Shown: piece after piece, positions 18,212-27,902 of the stretch | Layout of the letters: each line of letters begins with the position of its first letter | Numbering within the stretch: position 1 is the stretch's first letter | Source of the DNA: an uncultured Acidobacteriota bacterium | Lineage (GTDB): Bacteria; Acidobacteriota; Thermoanaerobaculia; Multivoradales; SZUA-115 | Direction: 5' to 3' | DNA length: 64,000 bases | Assembly (NCBI GenBank): GCA_963805975.1 | Contig: CAWDVR010000002.1 | Coordinates: forward strand, 288,001 to 352,000 | Made by a program: the position numbers and the translations under genes | Notes under the pieces: generated by a model | Seen by the model: the letters and a program-made list of their open reading frames with translations, nothing else | What the model was told of the DNA's origin: nothing | Database searches by the model: none

Positions 18212-18715
18212 ATGCTCCGCCGAAGCTGCGCTCTGCCGGCTCTCCTCTTGCTGCTCGCCTCGTGCGCGAGCAGTCCGGCGGCCCTGCACGGCGCCCGCGG
18301 CATGACTGGCGCGCCGGCCATAGGCGGCTCGCGCTGCTCCCGCTTCGAGCTCTGCGACTTCGACGACCACCCTTGCGATCCCGCGAGCGGCTGCACCTGC
18401 GCCTACATGACCCATACCTGCGAAACCCGGTTCAACTGGTGCACCAACGACAGCCAGTGCCGGGACGCCCTGGACGACGGCGGCGCACGCTGCATCGGCA
18501 ACGCCTGCTGGGGCACCGGCGTCGACTGCCAGAGCCTGCAATGCAAGAACGGCCACGGCTGCGCCGGCGACCAGGACTGCCAGGCAGGCTGGACGTGCTC
18601 GGCCGGCAACGGTGTCTGCAAGCCGGCGGGCGGAGAGAACCCGGAGCCGGGCCGCGCTCAGCTCTCGCCCGCCGCCAGCACCAATGCCCCCACGCGCTCG
18701 ATGCTCGCGAAATGA
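18212..18715 (+). CDS. Cys-rich putative lipoprotein
   Basis: GGAGG SD, MLRR..LLLLLASC lipobox, 16 further Cys with CxxDxxC..C..G.C units; 3' end overlaps the convergent PIN gene. Confidence 0.6.
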   Translation: MLRRSCALPALLLLLASCASSPAALHGARGMTGAPAIGGSRCSRFELCDFDDHPCDPASGCTCAYMTHTCETRFNWCTNDSQCRDALDDGGARCIGNACWGTGVDCQSLQCKNGHGCAGDQDCQAGWTCSAGNGVCKPAGGENPEPGRAQLSPAASTNAPTRSMLAK

Positions 18716-19065
18716 GCGTCGTAGGTGAGCACGGTGGCGCCGTGGCGGGCGGCGGTGGCGGCGATCCAGACGTCGTTGACCGGAAGCGGCCGGCCGATCT
18801 TGCGCAGGCCAACCATGATCTCCGCGAACACCTGCGCGACCGAGGCGTCGACAGGTAGCTCCTCCACCGCCGGATGGGCGAGGAGCTCGCGCAGCTCGGC
18901 GAGGTTCTGATCCCGCCGGCCGCCCAACAGAAAGCCGATCCATAGCTCGCCGATCACCACCGAGGGAACTCCGATCCACTCGGCGCCATCCAACAAATCA
19001 ACTACCGCGGCCTCACCGCGCCGGAAGTGGCTGTAGGCCGATGTGTCGAGGCAGAAACGGCTCAA
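18658..19065 (-). CDS. PIN-domain VapC/FitB-type toxin
   Basis: CLDTSAYS, VVIGEL..GF, GRPLPVNDVWIAATA, VLTYDAHF; TTG at 19065 overlaps the antitoxin stop. Confidence 0.9.
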   Translation of the reverse strand: MSRFCLDTSAYSHFRRGEAAVVDLLDGAEWIGVPSVVIGELWIGFLLGGRRDQNLAELRELLAHPAVEELPVDASVAQVFAEIMVGLRKIGRPLPVNDVWIAATAARHGATVLTYDAHFASIERVGALVLAAGES

Positions 19066-19313
19066 CGCCAGAGCTCCTCGTCGATCTGCTCGGTCACGGC
19101 TACCGCTTTTTCGAAGAGCCGAAGATCCTCGGCGGACCACCCGCCGGCGAGGCGCCGCAGGCCGTTGCTGCGGCCAGATCGCGCCTCGACACCCAGGCCC
19201 TGGCTCAGGATGTCCAGCACCGTCTGGTTGAGAGACGTGCCGCGACGCTTCTTTTCGGCTTCGAGCGCTCGGGCCACCGAGTGCGGGACTTTGCGGATCG
19301 TCAAATGCTCCAT
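19062..19313 (-). CDS. FitA-like RHH antitoxin
   Basis: LTIRKVP..V..AL..E..RRGTSLNQ; LAGGWS; IDEELW. Confidence 0.85.
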   Translation of the reverse strand: MEHLTIRKVPHSVARALEAEKKRRGTSLNQTVLDILSQGLGVEARSGRSNGLRRLAGGWSAEDLRLFEKAVAVTEQIDEELWR

Positions 19314-19339
19314 GGCCGACTCCTATCTACACGACTTGC

Positions 19340-19368
19340 ATTCTACGAACGCATTCCATTGCAGTCAA
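19340..19368 (-). promoter_or_regulatory. Sigma70 promoter of the FitAB-like TA pair
   Basis: TTGACT-17 bp-TAGAAT on the - strand, with GAATGC repeats (possible operator). Confidence 0.65.
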
Positions 19369-19435
19369 CTGAGGGGGACGCTGGCATCAGCTAGCGTGCC
19401 CCGCGGCTACAATCCCCGACCGGAGGGAGACCAGC

Positions 19436-20524
19436 GTGCGTATCCACAACTTCGGGGCAGGACCGGCGGCGTTGCCGGTGACGGTGCTGGAGGAGGCGCA
19501 GCGGGACTTGGTGGAGCTGCCGGGCGTGGGCATGTCGGTGCTCGAGATCAGCCATCGCTCGGGGCACTTCACCAAGATTCTCGACGAGGCCACGGGCAAC
19601 CTGCGCCGGCTGCTCGGGCTCTCGCCGGAGCACCGCGTGCTCTTCCTCCCCGGCGGGGCGAGCCTCCAGTTCTCGATGCTGCCGATGAACTTGGCGCACG
19701 GAGATCGTGCGGCGGACTACGTGGTGACCGGTACCTGGAGCGCCAAAGCCGCGAAGGAGGCGGAGGCTCTGGGACGAGGCCATCGCGCCTGGGACGGCAA
19801 GGCCGAGGGCTACGTGCGAGCGCCAGGGCCCGAGGAGCTCGAGCTCGACCCACGCGCCGCGTACCTCCACTTCACCTCGAATGAGACCATTCACGGCGTG
19901 CAGTTCGACGAGCCGCCGCCGGCTCCGGCCGGCGTACCGCTGATCTGCGACGCCTCCTCGGACTTTCTCTCGCGGCCGATCGAGGCCTCGCGATACAGCC
20001 TGATCTACGCCGGGGCGCAGAAGAACGCCGGCCCGGCGGGCGTGACCATCGTCATCGTTCACGAGAGCCTCCTCGAGCACTGCCCGCCCAACCTGCCGGC
20101 CATGCTCTCCTACGCGGTGCAGGCCCAGGAGAACTCGCTCTACAACACGCCGCCGGTGTTCCCGATCTACGTGGTGATGCTGGTCACCCGCTGGCTCCTG
20201 GGCGAGGCCGGCGGCCTCGAGGGCGTGGCGCGTGCCAACGGCGAGAAGGCGGCGCTGGTCTACGGTGCGATCGATGCCAGCGAGGGTTTCTATCGGCCGC
20301 ACGCCGCGCCCGGCAGCCGTTCGCGGATGAACGTCGCCTGGCGCCTGCCGAGCGAGGAGCTCGAAACGCGCTTCCTGGCCGACGCCAAGACAGCCGGCTT
20401 CGACGGACTCAAGGGCCATCGCTCGGTGGGCGGCGTCCGCGCCTCGATCTACAACGCCGTACCCAAGAGCTCGGTCGAGGCGCTGGCAAGCTTCATGGAA
20501 GAGTTCCGGTCTCGAGCTGGTTAG
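19436..20524 (+). CDS. serC: Phosphoserine aminotransferase
   Basis: NFGAGPA.LP, EISHRS, GGASLQF, NETIHG, DASS, YAGAQKN.GPAG, YNTPP, GHRSVGG.RASIYNA. Confidence 0.96.
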   Translation: MRIHNFGAGPAALPVTVLEEAQRDLVELPGVGMSVLEISHRSGHFTKILDEATGNLRRLLGLSPEHRVLFLPGGASLQFSMLPMNLAHGDRAADYVVTGTWSAKAAKEAEALGRGHRAWDGKAEGYVRAPGPEELELDPRAAYLHFTSNETIHGVQFDEPPPAPAGVPLICDASSDFLSRPIEASRYSLIYAGAQKNAGPAGVTIVIVHESLLEHCPPNLPAMLSYAVQAQENSLYNTPPVFPIYVVMLVTRWLLGEAGGLEGVARANGEKAALVYGAIDASEGFYRPHAAPGSRSRMNVAWRLPSEELETRFLADAKTAGFDGLKGHRSVGGVRASIYNAVPKSSVEALASFMEEFRSRAG

Positions 20525-20597
20525 GTCTCGAACAGAGCCTGTCCCACCATCGTCGCGCTCCAGCACGGAGGTCTTGTAGAACCCTCGAAAGGAGACG

Positions 20598-21005
20598 ATG
20601 ATGAGAGCTTCCCTCGCCTTGGCCTTGCTCCTTGCGTTCGCCTTGGCCGGTGCCGCTTCCGCTGCGGACGCTCCCTTCCTGCAGCCGGAAGGCGGTTGCG
20701 GGCTCTCTCGTACCGCCACGGACGGCCTCGCGCTGCCGGGTGCTGATCTCCTGCCGCCGGCGCCCCAGGCTCGCCTCTTCCCGCTCTGCCCCGGGCCATC
20801 GAGCTGTCCTTCCGGCTGCACCCCTGCGGGGGGCTGTACTTTGGGCCCGATCAGTGTCCCCGCCGCCGACTGCTGCGTGCTTACCGGCGGAGCGCTCTTC
20901 TGTTGCGACCAGGACCAGGACCAGGTCTGGGCACTCACGTGCCGCTGCGAAGGCGAAGGGACCTGCGAGGAGTTCCAGGAAGTGACGCTCTCCTGCGGCT
21001 TCTGA
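20598..21005 (+). CDS. Small secreted Cys-rich protein
   Basis: AAGGAG SD, Sec signal ending ASA, 13 Cys including CC, CC and CxC. Confidence 0.7.
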   Translation: MMRASLALALLLAFALAGAASAADAPFLQPEGGCGLSRTATDGLALPGADLLPPAPQARLFPLCPGPSSCPSGCTPAGGCTLGPISVPAADCCVLTGGALFCCDQDQDQVWALTCRCEGEGTCEEFQEVTLSCGF

Positions 21006-21021
21006 CCCTCCTCGGTTCCCC

Positions 21022-22839
21022 TCACGCCAGGTCGAGATGGGCGGCGTCCGAGTCTCCCATCTCCACTCCCCCGCCGGGGAAGTACTCCTTCCAGCGCTCG
21101 CTGACCCGGCGGGCGATGTCCTCGCGACAGGCGAGCTCGGCGGGAAAGCCGGGCTTGAGGCGCGCGTCGATCAGCACCGGCGCGGTGTAGGAGAGCTGGT
21201 TCCGCACCACCCGGGTAGCCGCGGCATGGAGGTCGGCCGCGGGCTCGAAGCGGGTGAAGGTGGTCCACAGGAAATTGATGGCGCTCCGTGCGGCGCGCGC
21301 CGGCTCGTCGGTGAGCACCAGGAGAGGCCAGCCGGCGAACGCGGGGTGAGCGGCCAGCCGCGATGCGGCGCCGCGATCCTCGGCGAAGGACGGTCCCCCG
21401 ACCACCAGGCAGCCCCCGCAAAATGCCCGGACGTCCGTCACCTCGGGCGGCGGCGGCACCGCGGGCCGGAACTCGCGCGGCAGCGCCCGCCGGGGCTCGC
21501 CCAGCCCCAGCCACACGCCCTTCGAACCCTCGTTGACCGCCGGGCCGGTGTAGTCGAGCGTGTCCATCGACAGGTTGCCGAAGACGTAGAGGTCGGTCTC
21601 CGGCTCGGTGCGCTCGAGCAGGTGCTCGAGCGTGGCGCGGAAGTCGCGCAGGTCGACCCTCCGGTCGGTTACCAGCAGGAACTTGGTGAGCGAGAGCTGG
21701 CCCTCGCCCAGGATGCGGAAAGCGCTCGCCATGGCCTCGCGCTTGTAACGCTCGCGCACCACGGCGCCGGCCAGCGAGTGATAGCCCGTCTCGCCGTAGG
21801 ACCAGAGATCGATCACCCCCGGCATCACCAGCGGAAAGAGCGGCGACAGCAGCTCCTGCAAGAGGTCGCCGATGAAGAAGTCCTCCTGCCGCGGCTTGCC
21901 CACCACGGTCGCCGGGTAGATCGCGTCGCGCCGGTGGCAGAGGTGGCTCACCTCGAAGATCGGGTAGTCGTGCGCCAGCGAGTAGTAGCCGTAGTGGTCG
22001 CCGAACGGCCCCTCGCTGCGGCGCACTCGCGGCGGCACCGAACCCACCAGGGCCATCTCCGCCTCGGCGATCAGCGGATGGGGGCCGGGGCCGCCAACGA
22101 GGCCGAGCCGTTCACCGGCGATCAGCGAGGCGAGGAGCGTCTCCGGCACGTTCTCGGGCAGCGGTGCGATCGCCGCCAGGATCAGCGCCGGCGGCCCGCC
22201 CAGGAACACCGTCGCCGGCAGGGCCTCGCCACGCCCTTCGGCCACGGCGTAGTGGAAACCGCCGCCCTTGCCGATCTGCCAGTGCATGCCGGTGGTGGCC
22301 GGGCCGTGCACGTGCAGCCGGTACATGCCGAGGTTCGGCCCCTTGCCGTCCGGGTGCTCGGTGAAGACCAGGGGCAGCGTGACGAACGGCCCGCCGTCCT
22401 CGGGCCAGGTGGTGAGCGCGGGCAGCCGGTCGAGCCGCACGTCGCGCGTCACGACCTCGGTGACCGGGCCGCCTCGCCGCCGGCGGGTGCCGATCGAGAG
22501 CGCTGCCTTGGCCACGTCGCGCGCCCCCCAGAGCTTGGCAGGCGTGGGCGGCAGCAGCGTCTGCGCCAGCTCCACCAGCCGGCGGATCAGTCGCGCCGGC
22601 CGCTTGCCGAACGCCAGCTCGGCGCGCCGGGGCGTGCCGAAGAGGTTGGTGGCGAGCCGGAAGCTCGCGCCCTTGGGCCGCGCGAAGAGCAGCGCCGGCC
22701 CCCCCGCCGCGATCACCCGGCGATGGATCTCCGCTGCCTCGAGGTAAGGATCAACCTCCGCCTCCACCACCGCCAGGTCGCCGTCGCGGCGAAGCTGGTC
22801 GAGAAAAGTGCGGAGGTTGGGGAAAGCGGCCTCGGTCAC
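21022..22839 (-). CDS. UbiD-family decarboxylase (long, menaquinone-pathway-like form)
   Basis: GGPALLF, NLFGT, DGGPFVTLP, NLGMYR, EGPFGDHYGYYS, VVGKPRQED, DTLDY; GTG at 22839 overlaps the upstream stop. Confidence 0.9.
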   Translation of the reverse strand: MTEAAFPNLRTFLDQLRRDGDLAVVEAEVDPYLEAAEIHRRVIAAGGPALLFARPKGASFRLATNLFGTPRRAELAFGKRPARLIRRLVELAQTLLPPTPAKLWGARDVAKAALSIGTRRRRGGPVTEVVTRDVRLDRLPALTTWPEDGGPFVTLPLVFTEHPDGKGPNLGMYRLHVHGPATTGMHWQIGKGGGFHYAVAEGRGEALPATVFLGGPPALILAAIAPLPENVPETLLASLIAGERLGLVGGPGPHPLIAEAEMALVGSVPPRVRRSEGPFGDHYGYYSLAHDYPIFEVSHLCHRRDAIYPATVVGKPRQEDFFIGDLLQELLSPLFPLVMPGVIDLWSYGETGYHSLAGAVVRERYKREAMASAFRILGEGQLSLTKFLLVTDRRVDLRDFRATLEHLLERTEPETDLYVFGNLSMDTLDYTGPAVNEGSKGVWLGLGEPRRALPREFRPAVPPPPEVTDVRAFCGGCLVVGGPSFAEDRGAASRLAAHPAFAGWPLLVLTDEPARAARSAINFLWTTFTRFEPAADLHAAATRVVRNQLSYTAPVLIDARLKPGFPAELACREDIARRVSERWKEYFPGGGVEMGDSDAAHLDLA

Positions 22840-24161
22840 GGCGCCGCGCCGCTCAGATAGTCGACCGCCAGGTGCGCCATGGCGCGGACGCCGAGCGGCA
22901 GGGCGGACTCGTCCACGAAGAAGCGGGGGGAGTGGTTGCCGGCGGCCTCGGCGGCCGGGGTGCCCGGGGGGCGGATGCCGAGGATGAAGAAGAGCCCGGG
23001 GATCACCTTCTGGTACTGGGCGAAGTCCTCGGCGCCGAGGATCGGCGGCGCCTCGATCACCTTGCCGGCGCCGGCCGTGCGCTCGAGCGTCGGCGCCATC
23101 TTCCGGGTCAGGGCGGGGTCGTTGTAGGTCACCGGGTTGCCGCGGGTGATCTTCACCTCGGCGGTGGCGCCGGCGCTCTCGGCGATCTTCTCGGCAGTGC
23201 GGCGCACGCGCTCGTGGAGCTCGCCCTGCATCCCCGAGTCCAGCGCCCGCAGCGTGCCGGTGAGGGTCACCTGGTCGGGAATGATGTTGCTCCTCACGCC
23301 ACCGTGGATGGTGCCGATGGTGACGATGACCGGCGCGGTGGTGACGTTGAGCTGGCGGCTGGCGACGGTCTGCAAGCCGAGCACGATCTCGGAGGCGACG
23401 ACGATCGGATCCACGCCCAGCCAGGGCATGGCGGCGTGCGTCTGCTTGCCACGCACCACGATCTCGAGCGTGTCCGAGCTCGCCATGGTGCCACCGGAGC
23501 GGTAGGCGATCTGGCCGGACTCGGCGAACGGCATCACGTGCAGGCCGAAGATGGCCGCGGGTCTCGGGCCCTCGAGCACGCCCTCGCGGATCATCAGCCC
23601 GGCGCCGCCCTCTTCTCCTTCCGGCGCACCTTCCTCGGCCGGCTGGAAGATGAGCTTCACCGTGCCCGGCAGCTCGGCCTTGAGCTGCGCCAGCACCTCG
23701 GCGACACCCATCAGCATGGCGGTATGGGTGTCGTGCCCGCAGGCGTGCATCACTCCGACCTCCTGGCCGTTGTAGGTCGCACGCGCCTTGGAGGCGAAGG
23801 GCAGATCCACCTCCTCGCTCACCGGCAGAGCGTCCATGTCCGCCCGCAAGGCGACGACCGGCCCCGGCTTGCCACCCACCAGGAGGGCGACCACGCCGTG
23901 GCGCGCCACGCCGGTCTCGACCTCGAGCCCCAGCGCCCGCAGGTGCTCCGCGACCTTGGCCGCCGTGCGCTCCTCGCGGTTCGAGAGCTCCGGGTGCTGG
24001 TGGAAGTCTCGCCGCCAGGCGAGCACCTTGGGCTCGACGGACTTGGCCAGCGCGTCGATGCGCGTTCCCAGCGGTTCGGCGGCCGCCGCGGGCTGACTCA
24101 CGAGCACCAGGCAGGCGCAGCTCAGCATCCAACCCGTGGAAAGACGGCTTCTCATGCTCAT
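22836..24161 (-). CDS. Secreted M20D amidohydrolase/peptidase
   Basis: Signal peptide; HQHPELS.RE, LRADMDALP, MHACGHD.H, FQPAEE, AEDF, NHSP.F. Confidence 0.92.
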   Translation of the reverse strand: MSMRSRLSTGWMLSCACLVLVSQPAAAAEPLGTRIDALAKSVEPKVLAWRRDFHQHPELSNREERTAAKVAEHLRALGLEVETGVARHGVVALLVGGKPGPVVALRADMDALPVSEEVDLPFASKARATYNGQEVGVMHACGHDTHTAMLMGVAEVLAQLKAELPGTVKLIFQPAEEGAPEGEEGGAGLMIREGVLEGPRPAAIFGLHVMPFAESGQIAYRSGGTMASSDTLEIVVRGKQTHAAMPWLGVDPIVVASEIVLGLQTVASRQLNVTTAPVIVTIGTIHGGVRSNIIPDQVTLTGTLRALDSGMQGELHERVRRTAEKIAESAGATAEVKITRGNPVTYNDPALTRKMAPTLERTAGAGKVIEAPPILGAEDFAQYQKVIPGLFFILGIRPPGTPAAEAAGNHSPRFFVDESALPLGVRAMAHLAVDYLSGAAP

Positions 24162-24315
24162 CCAGCCTCCTCGCCGGGCACGGCGGCCCCGCAATGACCC
24201 GTCACGGCCGGCGATCATAGCCGGTCCTTCACCGGCCGCAGTCAGCCATGTAACACATCGCAATATTGCGCGCCTAAGTGTTTCCAGAACATCCAACTCA
24301 TAGTGAGGTTTTCCC

Positions 24316-26608
24316 ATGAATGCTCGGCGTTCTCGTCCGACATCTCTTCTCGTCGCTTTGACGATGCAGGCGCTCGTGTTCCTGGCCGCCGCCGGCCCCG
24401 CCTCGGCCGCGGCTTTCACTCCCAGCGAATGGCAGAGCCGTGCGCCGGGCAGACACGATGCTCGCGCGGCCGGCAAGCTGCTGGATTGGAGTCGCGACCG
24501 CGATCGAAACTTCGTCGACGATCTCCTCGACCAGCGGGGGCCGGGAGAGAAGGTGGACATCATCGTCGACTTCAACCGCTGCGTGACCTGCTGCCAGGAA
24601 GGCGAGGAGGAGGTTGTGAAGTTCCTCCGCCGGCTCGGTCGGGTCGATCACTTGAGCGAGTTGGTGACGTTCGCGGTGGTGCTCGACGTGTCGGTCTCCG
24701 AGCTCGCCTCGATCGCCGCCCGCCCCGAGGTCGCGATGGTCGAGCACCTCGCACCCGCCTTCGGCATGATGGACACCAGCTTGCGCGTCATCCGCGCCCG
24801 CGCCAGCACCGAGCTCTCGCCGAACACCGCCGAGGATGCCTTCCCCGGCATCGACGGCACCGGGATCACGGTGGCGGTGATCGACAGCGGCGTGGACAAT
24901 GCCGGCGGGCCCGGCGTCACGCACCAGATGTTCCCCGCCGGCACCTTCGTCGGCGGCGCCGACTGCATGACCGATCCCTGCGCCCCAGGCGACCCGGACG
25001 ACGACCACGGCCACGGCACTCAGGTCGCCGGCATCGTGCTCGGCCGCCCGTTGGCCTGCGCCGGCGACATCTGCCGCGGGATCGCGCCCGCGGCGAGCCT
25101 GGTCGACATCAAGGTGCTCGACAGCTCGAATGTCTGCGTCGGCGCCTCGTGCATCCGTGGGGTCGAGCTGGCGATCGTCAACCGCGAGGCCTGGAGCCTC
25201 GACGTGCTCAACGTCAGCGTGGGCGACTGTGTGGCGAGCAACGGCAGGAATGCCATCGCGCAGCTCCTGGATACCGCGGTCTCGCTCGGTATGGTGGTCA
25301 CCGTGCCGGTGGGCAACGCGGCGGAGTGCGGGGTCCCGGAGGGCACCGTGCTCATCAACAGTTGGGCCTCCGCCTCGCTCGCCATCACCATGGGGGCGAT
25401 CGACGACCACAACACCGTGGCGCGGGACGACGACGAAGTGGCCGGGTTCTCGCTCCGCGGGCCGCGTTTGGGCGACGGCGACCCCGACCCCCGAGACGAG
25501 TTCAAGCCCGACTTCGCCGCTCCCGGCGTCGCCATCCGATCCGCTCTCCGCGACTCGCCGACCGGCTTCGCCGAAGGGCAGCGGTACCTCGCTCGCGGCC
25601 GCGCATGCGGCGGGCAGCGCGGCCCTGCTCCTCCAAGCCATCCCCGGTATCAACCCCGAGAGCCTGGAGGTTCTTCTCTTCGAGAGCCACGAGCCGCCGA
25701 TCGGGGTGCCGGCCACGGCCTTCGACCCAGGCTGGGGCGTGGGCTTCCTGGGCCTGTTCGACTCTTTGAGCCGGGATCCCAAGGCGGACGCCGGGCGCCC
25801 CACGGAGCCGCCCTATGCCCCGTGCGGCGCCGGCTGGTGCTCACCCCACATCTCGACCGCCACCCCGCCCGTCCTCGGCGTGCCGAACTTCATCACGGCG
25901 GAGATCACCAACTTCGGCCCGGTCTTCGGCAACGACGTGATGCCCTGCTTCGGCGTTTACATCTTCTCCAACAACTTCAGCCATTTCTTCGAGCTCGGCT
26001 GCGGCAAGCTCGACATGCCGGCAGGCTCCACCATGACGATCTCGTGGCCCTGGACCCCGGGGCCGGAGCTGATCCCGCCGGGCCTCGCGGACACCGACCC
26101 GATCCATGTCTGCATCAAGGTCGAGCTCGCGTACCCCTACGACACCAGCTTCGCCAACAACCAGATGCAGCGCAACGTGACCGTGGCGCGGGCCTCCACG
26201 GCGCGGGTGCCGTTCCGCCTGGAGAACAACCTGACGCGCGAGATGCGGGTCGAGCTCCGCACGGAGACGGAGTCACGATGGAAGGCGCGGGTGACGGAGA
26301 ACGGCCGGCCCGTGAACGCGGTGTGGAACCTCCGGCCCGGCGACTGCCCGAAGGACGTGGTGGTGGAGCTCACCCCGCCGGCAGGAGCGAAGAAGGGCGA
26401 GCGTGCCACGTTCGTCCTCAAGGCGGTGGCGGACGGCAGTACGGACTTCGGTGGCGCCGTGGTCGAGGCCGTGGTGGCCCACGAGCACGAGGGCCCGCCG
26501 CCGGACGACGGCAACCGATGGCCCGGCGGCGCCTGGTGGTTTCTCCTGCTCCTCGTGCTCCTGCTGCTCGTGCTGCTCGTGCTCCGCCGCCGAAGGCCGG
26601 CCCGCTAG
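24316..26608 (+). CDS. Secreted S8 (subtilase) serine peptidase with C-terminal membrane anchor; +1 frameshift near 25577
   Basis: VAVIDSG, HGHGTQVAG, VGN, KPD..APG in the first frame; GTSLAA (catalytic Ser) in the next. Deleting one G of GGG 25576-78 gives 764 codons ending GGAWWFLLLLVLLLLVLLVLRRRRPAR. Confidence 0.85.
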
Positions 26609-26633
26609 AGAAGGCCCTCACCCCTCCTCCAGC

Positions 26634-27704
26634 CTACGGGCAGGTCGCGAACGCTCCCGTGTCCTGCACCGGCGGCGCCGGGTTGCCCTGGGGGTTGAAG
26701 TAGGTCTTCGTGGTATCCGTCTGGGTGTCGGTCACGGTGAGCAGGATCTCCACGTTGGTGGTCGCCGCGAAGAACACCCAGTAGCTGTTGGTCAGCGAGC
26801 AGCCGTTGATCACCTTGAGCAGCATCTCGGCGTTGTTCGGGTTCAGGAAGTAGAAGAGGCCCGAGCCGTCGTTGCCGAAGTTGATGGTCTGGCCTTCGCC
26901 CTCGGCACCGCTGGGGAACTTCCAGTGCAGGCGGGCCTGGAAACGGCCGCCGCTCAGGCACAGCGTGGTGGCGTTGGGAACGCAGTCGGCGGGAGCCGGG
27001 TCGTCGTTGTCGGTGATGGTGACCGCGGCCGTCGCCGGCGAGGTCACGGTGGCGCCGCCCGCGGGGTTGAACAGGCTCACGGTGAAGGTCTCGTCGCCCT
27101 CGTCGGCGGTGTCCTCGAGGATCGGCACGCTGATCGTCTTGGGGTCGTCGTCGTTGTCCGCCCAGCTCAGGGTGGCGAGGATCTCCGTGAAGTCCGAGCC
27201 GGCGTCGGCGGTGCCCTCGGCGGTGGTGACCTGCGCGGAGACGGCGCCGTCGTCGCCGCCCGTGCGCAGCGCCGTGAGGGTGACCTGGCCGGCGCTCTCG
27301 GCCACCGTGGCCGCGGAGCCGGCGAGCCGCAGGCTACCCGCGTTCCCTCCGCCGCCGGTGACGATCAGTTGCCCGGCCATGATGGGCGCGTGCAGCTCGC
27401 AGACGTAGTCGATCGTGCCGGGAGTGTTGAAGGTGCGGCTGAAGCTCCAGCTCTCGTTCGAGACGTTGCCATTGCCACCGTCGTCGTCACAGCCCTCGGC
27501 GCAGCGGAAGCTCGAGTCGTTGGCGGCCACGTTGTGCAGGCCCCCGGCGTTGGTCCAGGTGACGGTGTCGCCGACCTGGATGGGGAGCGTCGCCGGGCTG
27601 AAAACGAGGCCGGGACCGACTGTTACGTTGTGGTTGGCGGCACGGCCCTGGAGGGCGCCTGCCGCCATCAGGACGAGCGCAGCGTAAGGCGTCAAGCTTT
27701 TCAT
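26634..27704 (-). CDS. Secreted cupredoxin + Calx-beta + conserved C-terminal domain protein
   Basis: ATG at 27704 after AAGGAG; GDTVTWTN..HNV..YVCELHAPIMAG (type-1 Cu ligands H,C,H,M); TAEGTADAGSDF..EDTADEGDETFTVSL (Calx-beta); C-terminal ..DTGAFATCP domain. Confidence 0.85.
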   Translation of the reverse strand: MKSLTPYAALVLMAAGALQGRAANHNVTVGPGLVFSPATLPIQVGDTVTWTNAGGLHNVAANDSSFRCAEGCDDDGGNGNVSNESWSFSRTFNTPGTIDYVCELHAPIMAGQLIVTGGGGNAGSLRLAGSAATVAESAGQVTLTALRTGGDDGAVSAQVTTAEGTADAGSDFTEILATLSWADNDDDPKTISVPILEDTADEGDETFTVSLFNPAGGATVTSPATAAVTITDNDDPAPADCVPNATTLCLSGGRFQARLHWKFPSGAEGEGQTINFGNDGSGLFYFLNPNNAEMLLKVINGCSLTNSYWVFFAATTNVEILLTVTDTQTDTTKTYFNPQGNPAPPVQDTGAFATCP

Positions 27705-27902
27705 CGTTTTCTCCTTGAATAGAGGCTCGAGAGCCTGGCGGCCGGTCAAGAGTGCGTTGGGGACCGGGTTTCGGGGCGGGATCGACGAACGAGGTGCGCG
27801 CAGAGTACAATGTCTCCAACGACGACTGTTATAGAGTACGGGCGTCAACTCGCTGGATCTGGCGCGAGCCCCGATCGAGAAGGAGCCTTTCCAGAGTCGA
27901 CC

